Assembly: GCF_001194135.2 (NCBI RefSeq)
Contig: NC_068984.1
Location: forward strand, 4,606,789 to 4,670,788
Reading direction: 5' to 3'
DNA length: 64,000 nt
Source of the DNA: Octopus bimaculoides
Taxonomy: Eukaryota
Shown: one piece after another, positions 1 through 12,139 of the stretch
How positions within the stretch are numbered: the stretch's first letter is position 1
Layout of the letters: each line of letters starts with the position of its first letter
Program-made: the position numbers and the translations under genes
Notes under the pieces: model-generated
What the model was told of the DNA's origin: nothing
Databases searched by the model: none
What the model saw: only the letters and a program-made list of their open reading frames with translations

Positions 1-395
1 CAGTCAAATCGTCCAACCCATGCTAGCATGGAAAGCGGACGTTAAACGATGATGACGATGATGATGATATATATATATATATATATATAATTGTTGTATT
101 TCGGGACGGTCATTTTTTTTTTTCCAAATAAACACACGTACTATATGTTCGTTCTTCGCTTATTTATTATTGTTCTCATTTTAACTCATGTCCATTGTCT
201 GGAAATCTTTCGTCACACCTCTGTGACCTCCTCAGTGACCCTTTCCATCTCCGTGTGTGCTCTTGCTCCGCTTATTCCATTCTGTCCTTCTATGAGTGTG
301 GGGACAGACGAAAGAAAGAGGCACTGAAACACATTTTAGTAGAAGTTACATATATTATTATCTAAAACAGTTTGATTCAGGTTGTTCGAGTGCGC

Positions 396-433
<38 letters not shown>

Positions 434-479
434 CAGGAAATAAAATGAAAGTAATTAAAAAAAAAAACGGGGAAAATCT

Positions 480-661
480 CAAAAAGTTTTCAATACGAGA
501 TGATCACGTCGACGACGACGACGATAATTGTGAGGATGGTGTCGGTGGTGGAGGAGGAAGAGGTGGAGGCGACCTGAAGCGAAGTTCCATTGATCAGAGT
601 TGTGTTCCTTGGCAAGAGACGAGAGGGCCTCGTTCTGGGTTGTGTAGCAATCAATTCTAAC
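480..661 (+). promoter_or_regulatory. BRK1 promoter / 5' UTR region, CpG-retaining
   Basis: Locally GC/CpG-rich sequence directly upstream of the ATG. The YY1-like AACATGGCG overlaps the start codon. TSS not determinable. Confidence 0.5.
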
Positions 662-782
662 ATGGCGTCTACTCAGCAAATGGCTCCGCCGAGATCCATC
701 CAACAGGATTGGAATAACCGGGAATATATCGAAGTTATTACCTGCAGTATTAAGAAGATCACCGACTTTCTCAATACATTCG
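662..782 (+). CDS. BRK1: BRICK1/HSPC300 (SCAR/WAVE complex subunit), coding exon 1
   Basis: ATG at 662 in aacATGG context gives [40 protein letters not shown] plus 1 nt, then donor GTACGT at 783. Matches the BRK1 motif QDWxNREYIExITxSIKKIxDFLNxF. Confidence 0.97.
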
Positions 783-3206
783 GTACGTCGCTCCCTACTA
801 CACGTTTCCTTTATTCCTTATATCCCTCGTTGTTGCCTCTCCATCCTTCCTCAAACGTTTCTCCAATTCTTCTTCGATTCTTTTCTTGTTTCTCTTTCTC
901 TCTCTCTTCTTTCATATATTTACATTCTTTTAACGGGTTTTTCCATTAAATACCTTGCACATTAAACACTTGCGATTCCTTATTATTCATAATTCACCTT
1001 TGTTTTCAAACCGTTTTCGTTTTCTGTTACAAACGAGGATCTCGATTGACAGAACACGAATAAAAAACTATTCGATTTCTTCAATTAAGACGTTGTGGTG
1101 TTCATGCCTTTCCCGAAATAAGCACGAACGAATTGATAGAAGCGAAAGGGTTTCAACAAAAACATAATCGGAATTGATTAAAATGTGGTTGTAAAGAATT
1201 ACTCGAGTCTGATGGAGGATAACGGGGAAAGAATCGAAACAGTTTTTAAAACATTTGGTGTTTAATGATTGTTGGGGGGAAAGGCATGAAGGCCACACCT
1301 TCCTGTTGGAAAGAAAAACATCAAAGTGTGTGTGTGGAATGATATATGTTTAGATGGAGATTCTGTAAGTGGCGATGAGAAAGTTGATTTGGAGCTTAAA
1401 GCAAGGAAGACGGAAAACAATGAAATAAATAAACATGAGTTAATTATTTATAAATGATTAATTCATGTCAGTCTCTCTGTCTCTATTTAAATAGATTTGT
1501 AAAGCCAAATATTTATTTGTCATTTAGTTTCGATATTTTATTTCAAAATAGAATTATAGTCTAGCAATATATTCTATAAACCAGTTTCGTTTCGGGTTTA
1601 AATTTTTTATTGGAAATACTGAGATTTGCAAATTCTATGAAATAACCAAAATCTGGTTCACTTAATTAATAAATACTTCTCCCTTTTATAAACTTGTTGC
1701 ATTTTTAGCAAATATATTTGGCATGTAACTTTCTTCACTGCTATTTAATTAGTTCTCTCTTAATTGTGTTGCTTTTCATTAAGTTTATATTTAAATATTT
1801 AACCCGGATCAGAGGAGAAATTCTCAGTAAATTTAGGAAGAAAAATAATTAAATTCTTTAATCATAATCCAGATTTATAGTATTTAGTTGTAATTTTTTA
1901 TTATTTTATTGTAATAAAACAACTTTTTACAAATCACTTCGTATTTTGAAGAGAAATTAAAAGTACCAAATGCTTAAACTATTTATAGATTTAATTTTAA
2001 CGGAATGGTCCACTTGGAAACATTCACTTAACCTTATTTTGTAGGCTCTGCCGCATTTTGAAGGAATGTTTGGTTCAATTCCTGTTGTTTCCGCTCAAAT
2101 TTACAACGTAGTCGTACTTAAGTATTTGTCCATGTTTAATTAATCATTGAAAATTAATTTTCGATTTCAATTTTGTTTTGATGACTCTCGCTTTTCTCCC
2201 AAAATAAGGGCGTGGTTGTTTATCATCTCTCTCTCTCTCTCGTTTATGAATTGTTTCCCCTCATCTTTATGTAGATACATCAACCTGGTATGAAAATATT
2301 CTATGAAATATATGATCAAGACATGGAAATTCTTATCAATAATAAACCTGTGATAGTTTGATAACATCTCACAGCATCCAGGTTCCCGATGTCTCTCCGT
2401 GATTGCATGTTATGAATAGGTATCGATGCATGTAGATGGTTACCTAAGTACAAGTCGACCGTCAAAAAAATGTCAACTCAGGAATTCTGTATTCCTCGTT
2501 GTTTAATTTCGATTCATTAACTACCAATTATGCTAAGTTCTACTTGAACTAAACTTATTAATATGTGATTTTTCTGTGAGAAAATCGTGTCTACGATCTT
2601 AGAACACCAAGTCATATGATGAAAAAGAAGAGAGAGAAAAACAGAGACAGAAAGATCTGTGTTTAGATACGTTCGCATCTGTGGTGTCAAAACAAAACAT
2701 ATTTGGCATGTACTCTCAGTATCTCATGTGTATAATTATATCTTTACAAGCAGTTCTCAGTATATGAGAGTTTAGAAATACGTATGCTATATATAAATAT
2801 ATAAGAAGCATACTGATACACTATATATATATATATATATATATATCATCATATATATAAGCTATGTTTTGGAATGCTCGTGTTTAAAAACCACTTACTG
2901 TAAACTAATTTCAGCCCTGTAGACATCTAAACATTACGTATTAAATAGCTCATAGCTCCGTCAATCCAACAGAGTACTATATACGAAAACCATCGCTACT
3001 CTGTGAGTTCTAGGATTCAGAAATAACAAACTAAAGTTTAATTAGTGACTACTTTTGTATTGTTTCACTGTCATTTAAAAAAAAAATCCTTACAGTGGTT
3101 GTTGTACTACTACTACTACTACTACCTGCGTTAACAATATTAATCTTGTGTTCTTCAGACGAAACTGAGTTTAAAAGTATCTATACACAATGAGGTGGGA
3201 TGGGGA

Positions 3207-3237
<31 letters not shown>

Positions 3238-3655
3238 GGAATTGAAAGCTTCAAGAATGGTAAGTTTAGATACCAGTGAGAGTTGTAGACTTTGGGAACT
3301 AGATCATTGTCTAGTTTACTTCCTTCAGTTTTTTTTTTTTTTGGAGGGGGGAATTTTTAACAAGAAAATTAGTCAGCTTCTTCCTCATTAGTTAGATCAT
3401 GCCTAAATAGATGTTTATGTTTATATAAATGTCTTTATCTTGCCTCTTGAGCAAGATTTTTTGGCACTTAATATAAATGTTGCCACTCCATTCATTGTCT
3501 TTAACTTCAAAGAAAACTACCCCTTCGTCACAGATACAGGCGTCAGTGCTTATTCTGCACCACTTAAATTAGTTACTGCTTTACTTTCATCATCCCTACA
3601 TCTATTCTATATTTTGGGGATGAGGAATTATGTACATCGTTTTTTACAATGGACT

Positions 3656-3890
3656 GGCATATAGCGTAGTGGATGATAGCGCGGGCTACTAACCCTCGGA
3701 TTCTGAGTTCAATCCCAGGCAGGGACTATCAACAGAAAAATAACATCAGCGATGTGTCTTAGGAATGAGAACAGTGTACCCCATTAGTCAAATAAAGGGT
3801 TGGGTGCGAAATTCCACCAGAACACCTGATGAAGGCTGGAGAGTACACCAGCCGAAATGTGATAACAACGAAGGTGAGAACACCTGTCTG
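3656..3890 (+). mobile_element. tRNA-headed SINE with a hammerhead-like 3' tail (copy 1)
   Basis: A box TAGCGTAGTGG (3662-3672) and B box GAGTTCAATCC (3705-3715) in a tRNA-Asn-like head. Tail is CTGATGA(3826)-A-GGCTGG/CCAGCC hairpin-GAAA(3854). Homologous segments at 21415-21520 (+) and 56305-56475 (-). Confidence 0.65.
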
Positions 3891-4157
3891 TCCATTACTC
3901 TTTTACTTGTTTCATTTGACTGCGGCCATGCTGGAGCACCGCCTTTATAGTCGAGCAAATCAACCGCAGAGCTTATTCCTTGTAAGCCTAGTACTTATTC
4001 TAGTACAGTCTCTCTTGCCAAACCGCTAAGTTACAGGGACGTAAACACACCAGCATCGGTTGTCAAGCGATGCTGGAGGGACAAACAGACACACACACAT
4101 ACATACATACACACACACATACATACATACATATATGAAAGAAGCCCGTCGTATATG

Positions 4158-4202
<45 letters not shown>

Positions 4203-6336
4203 NNNNNNNNNNNNNNNNNNNNNNNNNNNNNNNNNNNNNNNNNNNNNNNNNNNNNNNGGAGGGACAAACAGACACACACACATACATACATACATATACG
4301 ACGGGCTTCTTCCAGTTTCTGTCTACCAAATCCACTCACAAGGCTTTGGTCGGCCTGAGGCTATAGTAGAAGACACTTGCCCAAGGTGCCACGCAGTGGG
4401 ACTAAACCCGGGACCATGTGGTTGGTAAACAAGCTACTTACCACAAAGCAACTACTGCACCTTTCTACATCTCTCCGGAACTATCTTTGGTAGAAGTGGA
4501 ACTGTCATTCAAAACACTCTGGGTTACATAACTAATCCAAGACAGTCGGAACCTTCCCTGTGCAAAGTGACTTCTACCAAAACTGACCAGTTTGCTCAGT
4601 TCTTGTGAGTTTCTTTCTTCTCCAGAGTCAAACAATGTCTAACAATTCCAATCTCACCTTGCCACACCTTGCTATGCCTTTCCTTTTTTTAGTTTGCATC
4701 ATTATAATCCTTGTTATAATGTACATTTTTCCATGCTTGCATGGGTCAGTCAGTTTATTAAGGCAGATATTCTATGGCTGGATGCTCTTCCTGTTGCCAA
4801 ACCCTACCTGTTTCCTAGCAAAATAATATTTCCTCGTGGCCAGACATGTTTTTGCAGAATGTTGGAAATGAATGACACTGCTTGTATGGCGGTGACACTC
4901 GTTTACAACTATCATCCATAGTGAAAACAAAGAAACCCAAATATATGTGCTCATACACAAATATGTACATACTTATTATGCAAATATGATAGGCTTCTTT
5001 CAGTTTCGATCTATGAAATTCACTCACAAGGCTTTAGTTGAAGGGCTGTAAAGGACTTTTGTCTAAGGTGTCACACAGTGAGACTGAACCTAAAACCATG
5101 TGGTTGGGAAGTAAACTTTTTGACCAAACAGCTGTGCCTAAGCCACGAGTGTTTAAAAGTGCTCTGAGCATCATCTCTCCTACCTCAAGCTGATGAGATA
5201 AAAGAAGTTCAATATTTTGAACAATGGCAGTCCCAAATTCTGTATAGGCCACCAGAAGTAATTATTCTTTTAATATGTTTAAAAAATTCTACTATAAAAC
5301 AATATAACAACTGTTTTAAAACAATGCTAGAATTTTCGTTATTATTATGCAACAATAAATTTGGAATGTTTATTGTTACGTATCTAACTCATCGTATTTC
5401 CTTCAAGTCCAACAAAATCTCATTATTATTTCAAATATGTCTGTTACAGGCAGGTTCTGGTGCCCACATAAAATCAAATCATTTAAAAAATGCAGTGTGC
5501 TATGGATATGAATAGAAATAATTCTTAATTTAAAGTTCAGTGACACAGCATCATCATCATCATCATCATCATTTAATGTCCGCTTTCCAAGCTGGCATGG
5601 GTTGGACGGTTTGACTGAGGACTAGCGAGCCAGAAGGCTGCACCAGGCTCCAATCTGATCTGGCAAGGTTTCTACAGCTGGATGCCCTTCCTAACGCCAA
5701 CCACTCCGAGAGTGTAGTGGGTGCTTTTATGTACCACCAGCACAAGGGCCAGTCAGGCAGTTCTGGCAATGACCATGCTCAAAAGGTGTTTTTTATGTGC
5801 CACCTGCACAGGAGCCAGTCCAGCGTCACTGGCAATGACCATGCTCAAATGTTGTTTTTCCTGTTCCACCAGCACATGTGCCAAGTCTTATTTAATCTTT
5901 ACTGTTTTCACTGTCATCATCATCATCATTATCATCTAACGTTCATTTTCCTTGCCGGCATGGGTTTGGATGGTTTGACAGGATCTGACAAGCCAGAGAG
6001 CTGCACCAGGTTCCAATTGTCTGTTTTGGCAAAGTTTCTACAGATGGATGCCCTTCCTAATGCTAATCACTTTACAGAGTGTACAAAAGGTGCTTTTTTT
6101 TTTAAAGCACCAGCACCTGCAAGCTCACAAGACAAGGACCACTTAACAGAGAGAACGAGTGAAATCGAGAGAACGAGTGAAATCGAGAGATTAGAGTGTA
6201 ATAGAAGGACATATGTAGCCATCTTACTGTTGAAGAGATACTTTGCTACCTCAGCAGACAAGGGAGGAGAGGAAGATGGGAGAGGTAGCAATCAAAATGA
6301 AATTACAATTATAACATCTCCATATTATAAAATAGT

Positions 6337-6680
6337 GAAGGTGCACGGCTCAGTGGTTAGGGCATTGGGCTTACAACCATGTGGTTGTGAGTTTGATTCC
6401 TGGACCGGGCTGTGTGTTGTGTTCTTGAGCAAGGCACTTTATTTTTCACATTGCTCCAGTTCACTCAGCTGTAGAAATGAGTTGTGACGTCACTGGTGCC
6501 AAGCTGTATCGGCCCTTTGCCTTTCCCTTGGATGTCATCAGTGGCATGGAGAGGGGAGGCTGGTATGCATGGGCAACTGCTTGTCTTCCATAAAACAATC
6601 TTGCCTGGACTTGTGCCTCGGAGGGAAACTTTCTAGGTGCAATGCCATGGTCATTCGTGACCGAAGGGGGTCTTTACCCT
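6337..6680 (+). mobile_element. tRNA-derived SINE family C (CORE/Meta-like central block)
   Basis: A box ggctcagtggtt, B box gagtttgattcc, central ttcttgagcaaggcacttt...cactcagctgtagaaatgagt. Copies at 13994-14334(-) and 43318-43670(+); related element at 12745-13040(+). Confidence 0.8.
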
Positions 6681-8242
6681 TTATATTATAAAATAGACAA
6701 ATATTTGGAAGTAGAAATGATACAATCACAAATACAGACAATGAAGAATTCCATTCTGTTTCCTATTAACTCTAACTGGTCTCTCTTAGGATATCAACTT
6801 CTCTCGCTCGCTGCCGTGTTTTAGAACAGTATTTCCCAGGCTGGAGCATAGCAGTATTAGCAATATTTTGGTGAGACATGGTTTATTTCAGAATGAAGTC
6901 TAAGTAACTAGGGAATAAAACTTGTAACAATGGCAATGGCTGTTCAGTCTGTACAATAACCTGGTTCAATCACCTTGTCCTATTATTGCACAACATCTCG
7001 TGGAAGTGTCTTCTGCTATAGCTACAAACCAACTATTGCATTGTGAGTGAATTTGGTACATGGAAACTGTGCGGAAATCTGTCACATGTGTATATGTGTT
7101 TGTCCTGCACTACTGCTTGACAACCTGTGTTAGTTTGTTTATGTCCCTGCATGCTAGCGCTTCAGCACAAGACACTGATAGAATAGGCACCAAATTTAAT
7201 AATAAGTATTGTTTGACCAAGGCCCTTCAAGGCGATGCTTCCTCTTGGCCATCATCTGATGACTGAAAAGGTAAAAGATGAACTATATGTGCCTGGGTGT
7301 GTAAATCTTGTAAACTTCCTCTGTTTTTGGTGGGGCACAAATTGTTTTTAGAAATAATATGATTTGCATGGAAGGAAAATGGTTGAGAAATAGAGTTTTA
7401 GAGTCTCTGTTTCTTCTCTTCTGGTTTCTGTTTCATGGGTTTTATTCATTGTACACAAGAAACGGTATTTGTGTGATAGGAGTTAAGTGGCAGCTTGTAA
7501 GAGAGGTACAAGTGGACAATGGTAAGAGTGAGTGATGGCTGTCATGAACAAGTGGCTTGGGAGAGAATGAGTGGTGACTAGCAGCACCAGAAATAGGGAA
7601 GAGGCTGAATGATGGGGAGATAAATGGAAGAGGGATGAGTGAGTGGTGGAGATAAAGGAGGTATCAAACACGATGGGTCAGACATGTTTCTTGTGGAAGA
7701 AGGAAATGAGCAACCGACTTACAACTGTTGCGCACTATCAGGATAATAATAAGCACACACACACACTCATATATATATATATATTCTTTTATTTGTTTCA
7801 GTCATTTGACTGCAGCCATGCTGGAGCACCACCTTTAGTTAAACAAATCGACCCCAGGACTTATTGTTTGTAAGCCTAGTACTTATTCTATCGGTCTCTT
7901 TTGCCAAACCGCTACGTTACAGGGACACAAACACACCAACATCAGTTGTCAAACACAGACACACACACACAGAGTTATACAACGGGCTTTTTTCAGTTTC
8001 CGTCTACCAAATCCACTCACAAGGTTTTGTTCGGACCGAGGCTATAGTAGAAGACACTTGCCCAAAGTGCCACACAGTGGGACTGAACCCAGAACCATGT
8101 CGTTAATAAGCAAGCTACTTACCACTAGTCATCACTCCTTCTCTACCAAGCCACTTATTAATGACAGCCATCACTCACTCTTACCATTGTTCACTTGTAC
8201 CTCTGTTACAAACTACCACTTGGCTTCTATCACACAAATATA

Positions 8243-9129
8243 CAAGGTGTTTCAAAAGATTTGATATCATTTGAGATGTAAATATCACAGAAACTACAGA
8301 GTCAAAGCAAATGAAACTAAACAAGCTTAATGTTGAGCAGCATAAGATTTATTCCTCCAAATTTGAATGAAAAATTCAAAAGTATGTGGATCCCATGAAC
8401 AATTTCACAAATGTTCAATATGCACACAGCCTGAGAAACAGCACATGTCAAGTTGGTAGTCTAGCTGCTCCCATATACGCTGCAGCATGTCTTGGGTAAC
8501 AGTCTCCAGTGCGGTAGTGATTCTCTGCTCGAGTTCCTCTAGGTTTGCAGGAAGAAGGGGGACATAGACCAGGCCCTTCACATAACCCCCTTGTTTGCGC
8601 TTTCGCTTGTCATCTGCTGTTATGACCTGAGCAAGCTGCAGCTTGTAGGGTTTCGTTAGCAAGCGTTTCTTCAGGACGCACCAAACTGTTGTTGGAGGAA
8701 TTCGTGTTTCCAGACTTGTTCTTATGGACTTTTTGAGGGGCTTCGCAAGAGTTTTTAGCAAACCCGCTTGACCATCTCTTCCGATGTTAGTGTTCATCCA
8801 GATCCTTTTGTTCTGCACAGACAGCCTTCCTCTTTGAATTTTTTGTGTCATGTCCAAATCTGCATTGCCGTTGGTGACTTTTTAGAGAACTCTCTCACAA
8901 ATGCACGCTGCAGTCTACTTCGACTGTGTTCGAGCATACTCCAACACACAAAACGCCTTTTCTCTTACAGTGAATGCCATTTCTATACCTGGAAAGATAA
9001 ACATATCAAACATTAAATGTAAACTTTTGACTTGTTTCTACGCATGCTGTTAAAATTTGAAGTCATTTGAACAAGAACTGGCAAAGTTATTAAATTGCAA
9101 AATGATATCAAATTTTTTGAAACACTCTA
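8243..9129 (-). mobile_element. Internally deleted Tc1/mariner-superfamily DNA transposon (maT/DD37D-like; subfamily uncertain)
   Basis: ~30-bp TIRs (caaggtgtttcaaaagatttgatatcattt and aaatgatatcaaattttttgaaacactct), with TA on the left. Decayed transposase from ATG 8980 (MAFTVREKAFCVLEYARTQS...KPYKLQLAQV) joins directly to the C-terminal GYVKGLVYVP...NLEELEQRI; the catalytic core is missing. Confidence 0.9.
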
Positions 9130-10184
9130 CATGGCTACTGATTGTGCTAAAAATCACTCCCCCAACATCTTAAAACGAGAAGGACACACTGATTAATGTA
9201 GCAGTGATGGCAACGAATTTTCTGATCAAACCAAAGAATCTGTTTCCATTGCTTTTTCAAATTGCTGATGCTATCATTTGGACAGATGTGTCAATGTTTT
9301 TCTGTGACAGAACCAAAACAGATTCTGCAAGACATCCTGCCTGACACTCTTTTAATTCTGCCAATCCACCAAATCAGACTCATACGTTTTGTTGGCAAAA
9401 TAATTCCCCTCACTCAGTCAATAGGGTTTTTTTTTTTTTAATTTTCCTTATTCTGTTCTTTTGTTTAGCAAGTTACTTGGCAACCTCACTAGTGCCAGTG
9501 GCATAAAAGAAAAAAGCATCCAGTACAAACTGTGAATTGGTTGAAATTAGGAAGGTATCCAGCCTTAGGAACCATGCCAAAGCTGACACTGGAGCTTGCC
9601 AGATTCTGTCAAATTATCCAACCCTTGCCAATATGGAAAACGGATGCTAAATGATGAAAGGATGGACAAGGTTGACCTTGGCAGGATTTGAACTCAGAGT
9701 GTAAAGATTTGGAACTAATACTACAAGACATTCTTTCCAGCATTCTAACAACTCTAACAGTTTATATATGAAGGACAGGGTGGTCACAGATGGAATGTAT
9801 ATGACCATAGGCCTTTTTGACTTGGACTAGATAGCAACAACTACTTTGGATTTCATGCTTTATTATAGAATTGTTTTTGTGGTTAGTTTTCCCTGTGATG
9901 GAACAGGGGACAACTGATGAAGGGAATGTTCTTTATGTTGCCTGTCTCATTTCTCTATTTAGCTTAGACCTTCTTTGTGGGGGCAACCAGATCGAACCAT
10001 CTCCGAAATGGCCGTGACTTCTGGGACTTGACTGAGGAAAGAAAGCCAAGAATGACCCATCTTTTTTTGGCCTGCCCTTCTAATTGTTGTTTCTCTTGTC
10101 CGCCTTTGTATCATCTACCTGTCCGGATGTTTTAATGTCCTCTATTGTGTTTTTATTCCATTTATATATATATATATATATATA

Positions 10185-10227
<43 letters not shown>

Positions 10228-10432
10228 TGTAGCCCTTGCTATATAGGGGTAGTCGCAGAGTGGTTGACTTTTAACTTGATTTTGTTATCAATTGTTTCTG
10301 TTTGTAGAGGTTTTGAATTTGACAAGACGCTTGTTTTCTACATGATAATTGTTTAGAAAACATTGTAATCAATATCTTTGTGAAAGATTGATGTCTTTAA
10401 GATTTGCTTTTTTTCTTCTCTTCTCCATCCAG

Positions 10433-10515
10433 ATTTGTCTTGTCGATCACGACTGGCCACTCTCAATGAGAAGTTGACTCAACTAGAAAGAAAAGTTGAG
10501 TACATTGAAGCTAGG
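10433..10515 (+). CDS. BRK1: BRK1 coding exon 2 (83 nt)
   Basis: Polypyrimidine tract and CAG acceptor (AG at 10431-10432). Phase 1 continuation gives (D)[27 protein letters not shown], then donor GTAAGT at 10516. Near-identical to BRK1 [28 protein letters not shown]. Confidence 0.97.
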
Positions 10516-10611
10516 GTAAGTTTAAATCTACATGCAAGGTCATGAAGTGATATTACCAATTTGTTATATAAAGACGTGTGTGGATGTCTGTTGCAAGTGA
10601 GAATGTTGAAG

Positions 10612-11243
10612 TTAGAAAATTACTATTTGTAAATCTCACAACGAGAGATATTCAGCAACAGTACTTTGTAGTAAAGATTGTTTGCCAACATAAGATGGCA
10701 GTCCTAGTTTAGGACGAATGTTGCTGTAATTTAGCCCAGGAGACATCGTCCCCAGCTGGCTATACAACACGATCTGTGTCCTTATATTTTCAAACAAGGG
10801 AATCTAGCACCCCTACTCAGCTCAAAACAATATCTGTGTATTGCGTTTTCCGGGTTATTTCCCTTCATCGGCATAGAATAATTGTTCGGCTAGAGGTGGC
10901 GCTGCCAAATTCCTGTTCAAAATATATAGTTTTCAAAGTGATAACTAGAGTCACTGATCTATAAATTAGAAAATTACTATTTATAAATCTCACAACAAGA
11001 GATATTCAGCAACTGTACTTTGTAGTAAAGATTATTTGCTAACAAAACATGGCAGTCCTGGTTTAGGATGAATGCTGCTGTAATTTAGCCCCAGGAGATA
11101 TCATCTCCAGCTGGCTATATGAAAATATTAGGACGCAGATTATGTTGTATAGCCAGCTGGATATGATGTCTCCTGGGGCCAAATTACAGCAACATTCGTC
11201 CTAAACCAGGACTGCCATGTTATGTTGGCAAACAATCTTTACT
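10612..11243 (-). mobile_element. Same HHR-bearing element: full unit, head-to-tail partial unit, and inverted partial unit
   Basis: ttagaaaattactattt recurs at 10612 and 10966 (period 354). ~95-bp inverted arms at ~11025-11119 and ~11148-11243. Degenerate HHR at 10833-10877 (CCGAUGA; helix III AACGCAAU). Confidence 0.65.
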
Positions 11244-11245
11244 CC

Positions 11246-11830
11246 AATGTTGAAGTTGTTGATCGCTTCACTTATCCTCACAGTGAAATTCATAGCAGTG
11301 TTGGCTTCATGGGATGTTTGGTGCTGCCAATATCTGTGGAAGAGGACAAAAGTGTGAGTCTTTAGGTCTCTGGTCCTCCCTGTCCTGCTCTATAGTTTAA
11401 TGAGACTTGGACACTGTCCGAGATCCCTTAGGAGCCACTTGAATTCCTTTGGTACAAGGATGCTTTGCAGGATTATGGGTTACCATTGGTCAGATTTCAT
11501 TTCCAACCAATGATTCTTCTAAGAAACTGAGATGCATCCTACTTCTTGCATGACTGGGGAGCACTAGCTCTGACTGTTTAGCTATATTGCTCAATTTTCC
11601 AAGTTAGGCTCTGCTTACCATGTTCTCTTCCCTGAGGATCTGGCTGAGTCAACGACTTGCGTTGGTCATGGCAGATGAGGAGGTATCTTGAGATATCTTG
11701 CAGAGACAGGGACGACTGACTGGGACTCTGCTTGATGGGTCACCTGGGAGGACCTGGAAATATACTGACAAATGGTGAATGCAGTAATGGGCTGCTATGG
11801 TGCATACCTCAACACCTGACCTCACCTGAT
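11246..11830 (+). mobile_element. RTE-clade LINE 3' relic
   Basis: Decayed peptides EVVDRFTY, RSLVLPVLLY, HLNSFGTRMLCRIMGYHWSDFISN; ends in cctgacctcacctga. Confidence 0.75.
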
Positions 11831-12139
11831 GTCTGTGTGTATGAATTGTGTCTGTATATGTGCATGGATATGCGTTTTGAGTTCCTTTGTCTTAACATTG
11901 AGCAACAGCTGTAAATGAGAGTCTCCATCATACGAGTGGTGTCGATCGTTTTGTAGAAACATGTCCAATCCCTTGTGCTGTTCAGGTTTGAAGAACTTGC
12001 GGGAGAATATTACCTTGCTTGGAAACAGATGAAGGGTGATGACAGGAAAGACATCAGGCTGTAAAAATCTGCCTCAACAAATTCTATCTGACCCATGCAA
12101 GCTAGCAAAAGTACTCACTAAAATGCTAACAATGACTCT

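Noticed and set aside
590-949. 119-aa ORF as a single-exon gene
   Set aside because: It is BRK1 exon 1 read through the GT donor at 783; homology resumes at 10433.
3656-3727. tRNA gene (Asn/Ser-like)
   Set aside because: The acceptor stem does not pair and the sequence continues into a repeat body, so it is a SINE head. The same applies to the other A/B-box heads.
4138-4310. Inverted or duplicated SINE segment around the gap; also duplicated flanks at 42061-42180
   Set aside because: Near-identical sequence on both sides of short N gaps is typical of unmerged or misjoined contig ends.
5717-6487. 256-aa ORF
   Set aside because: It runs across family A repeats, a (CAT)n tail and a SINE C head; no coding homology.
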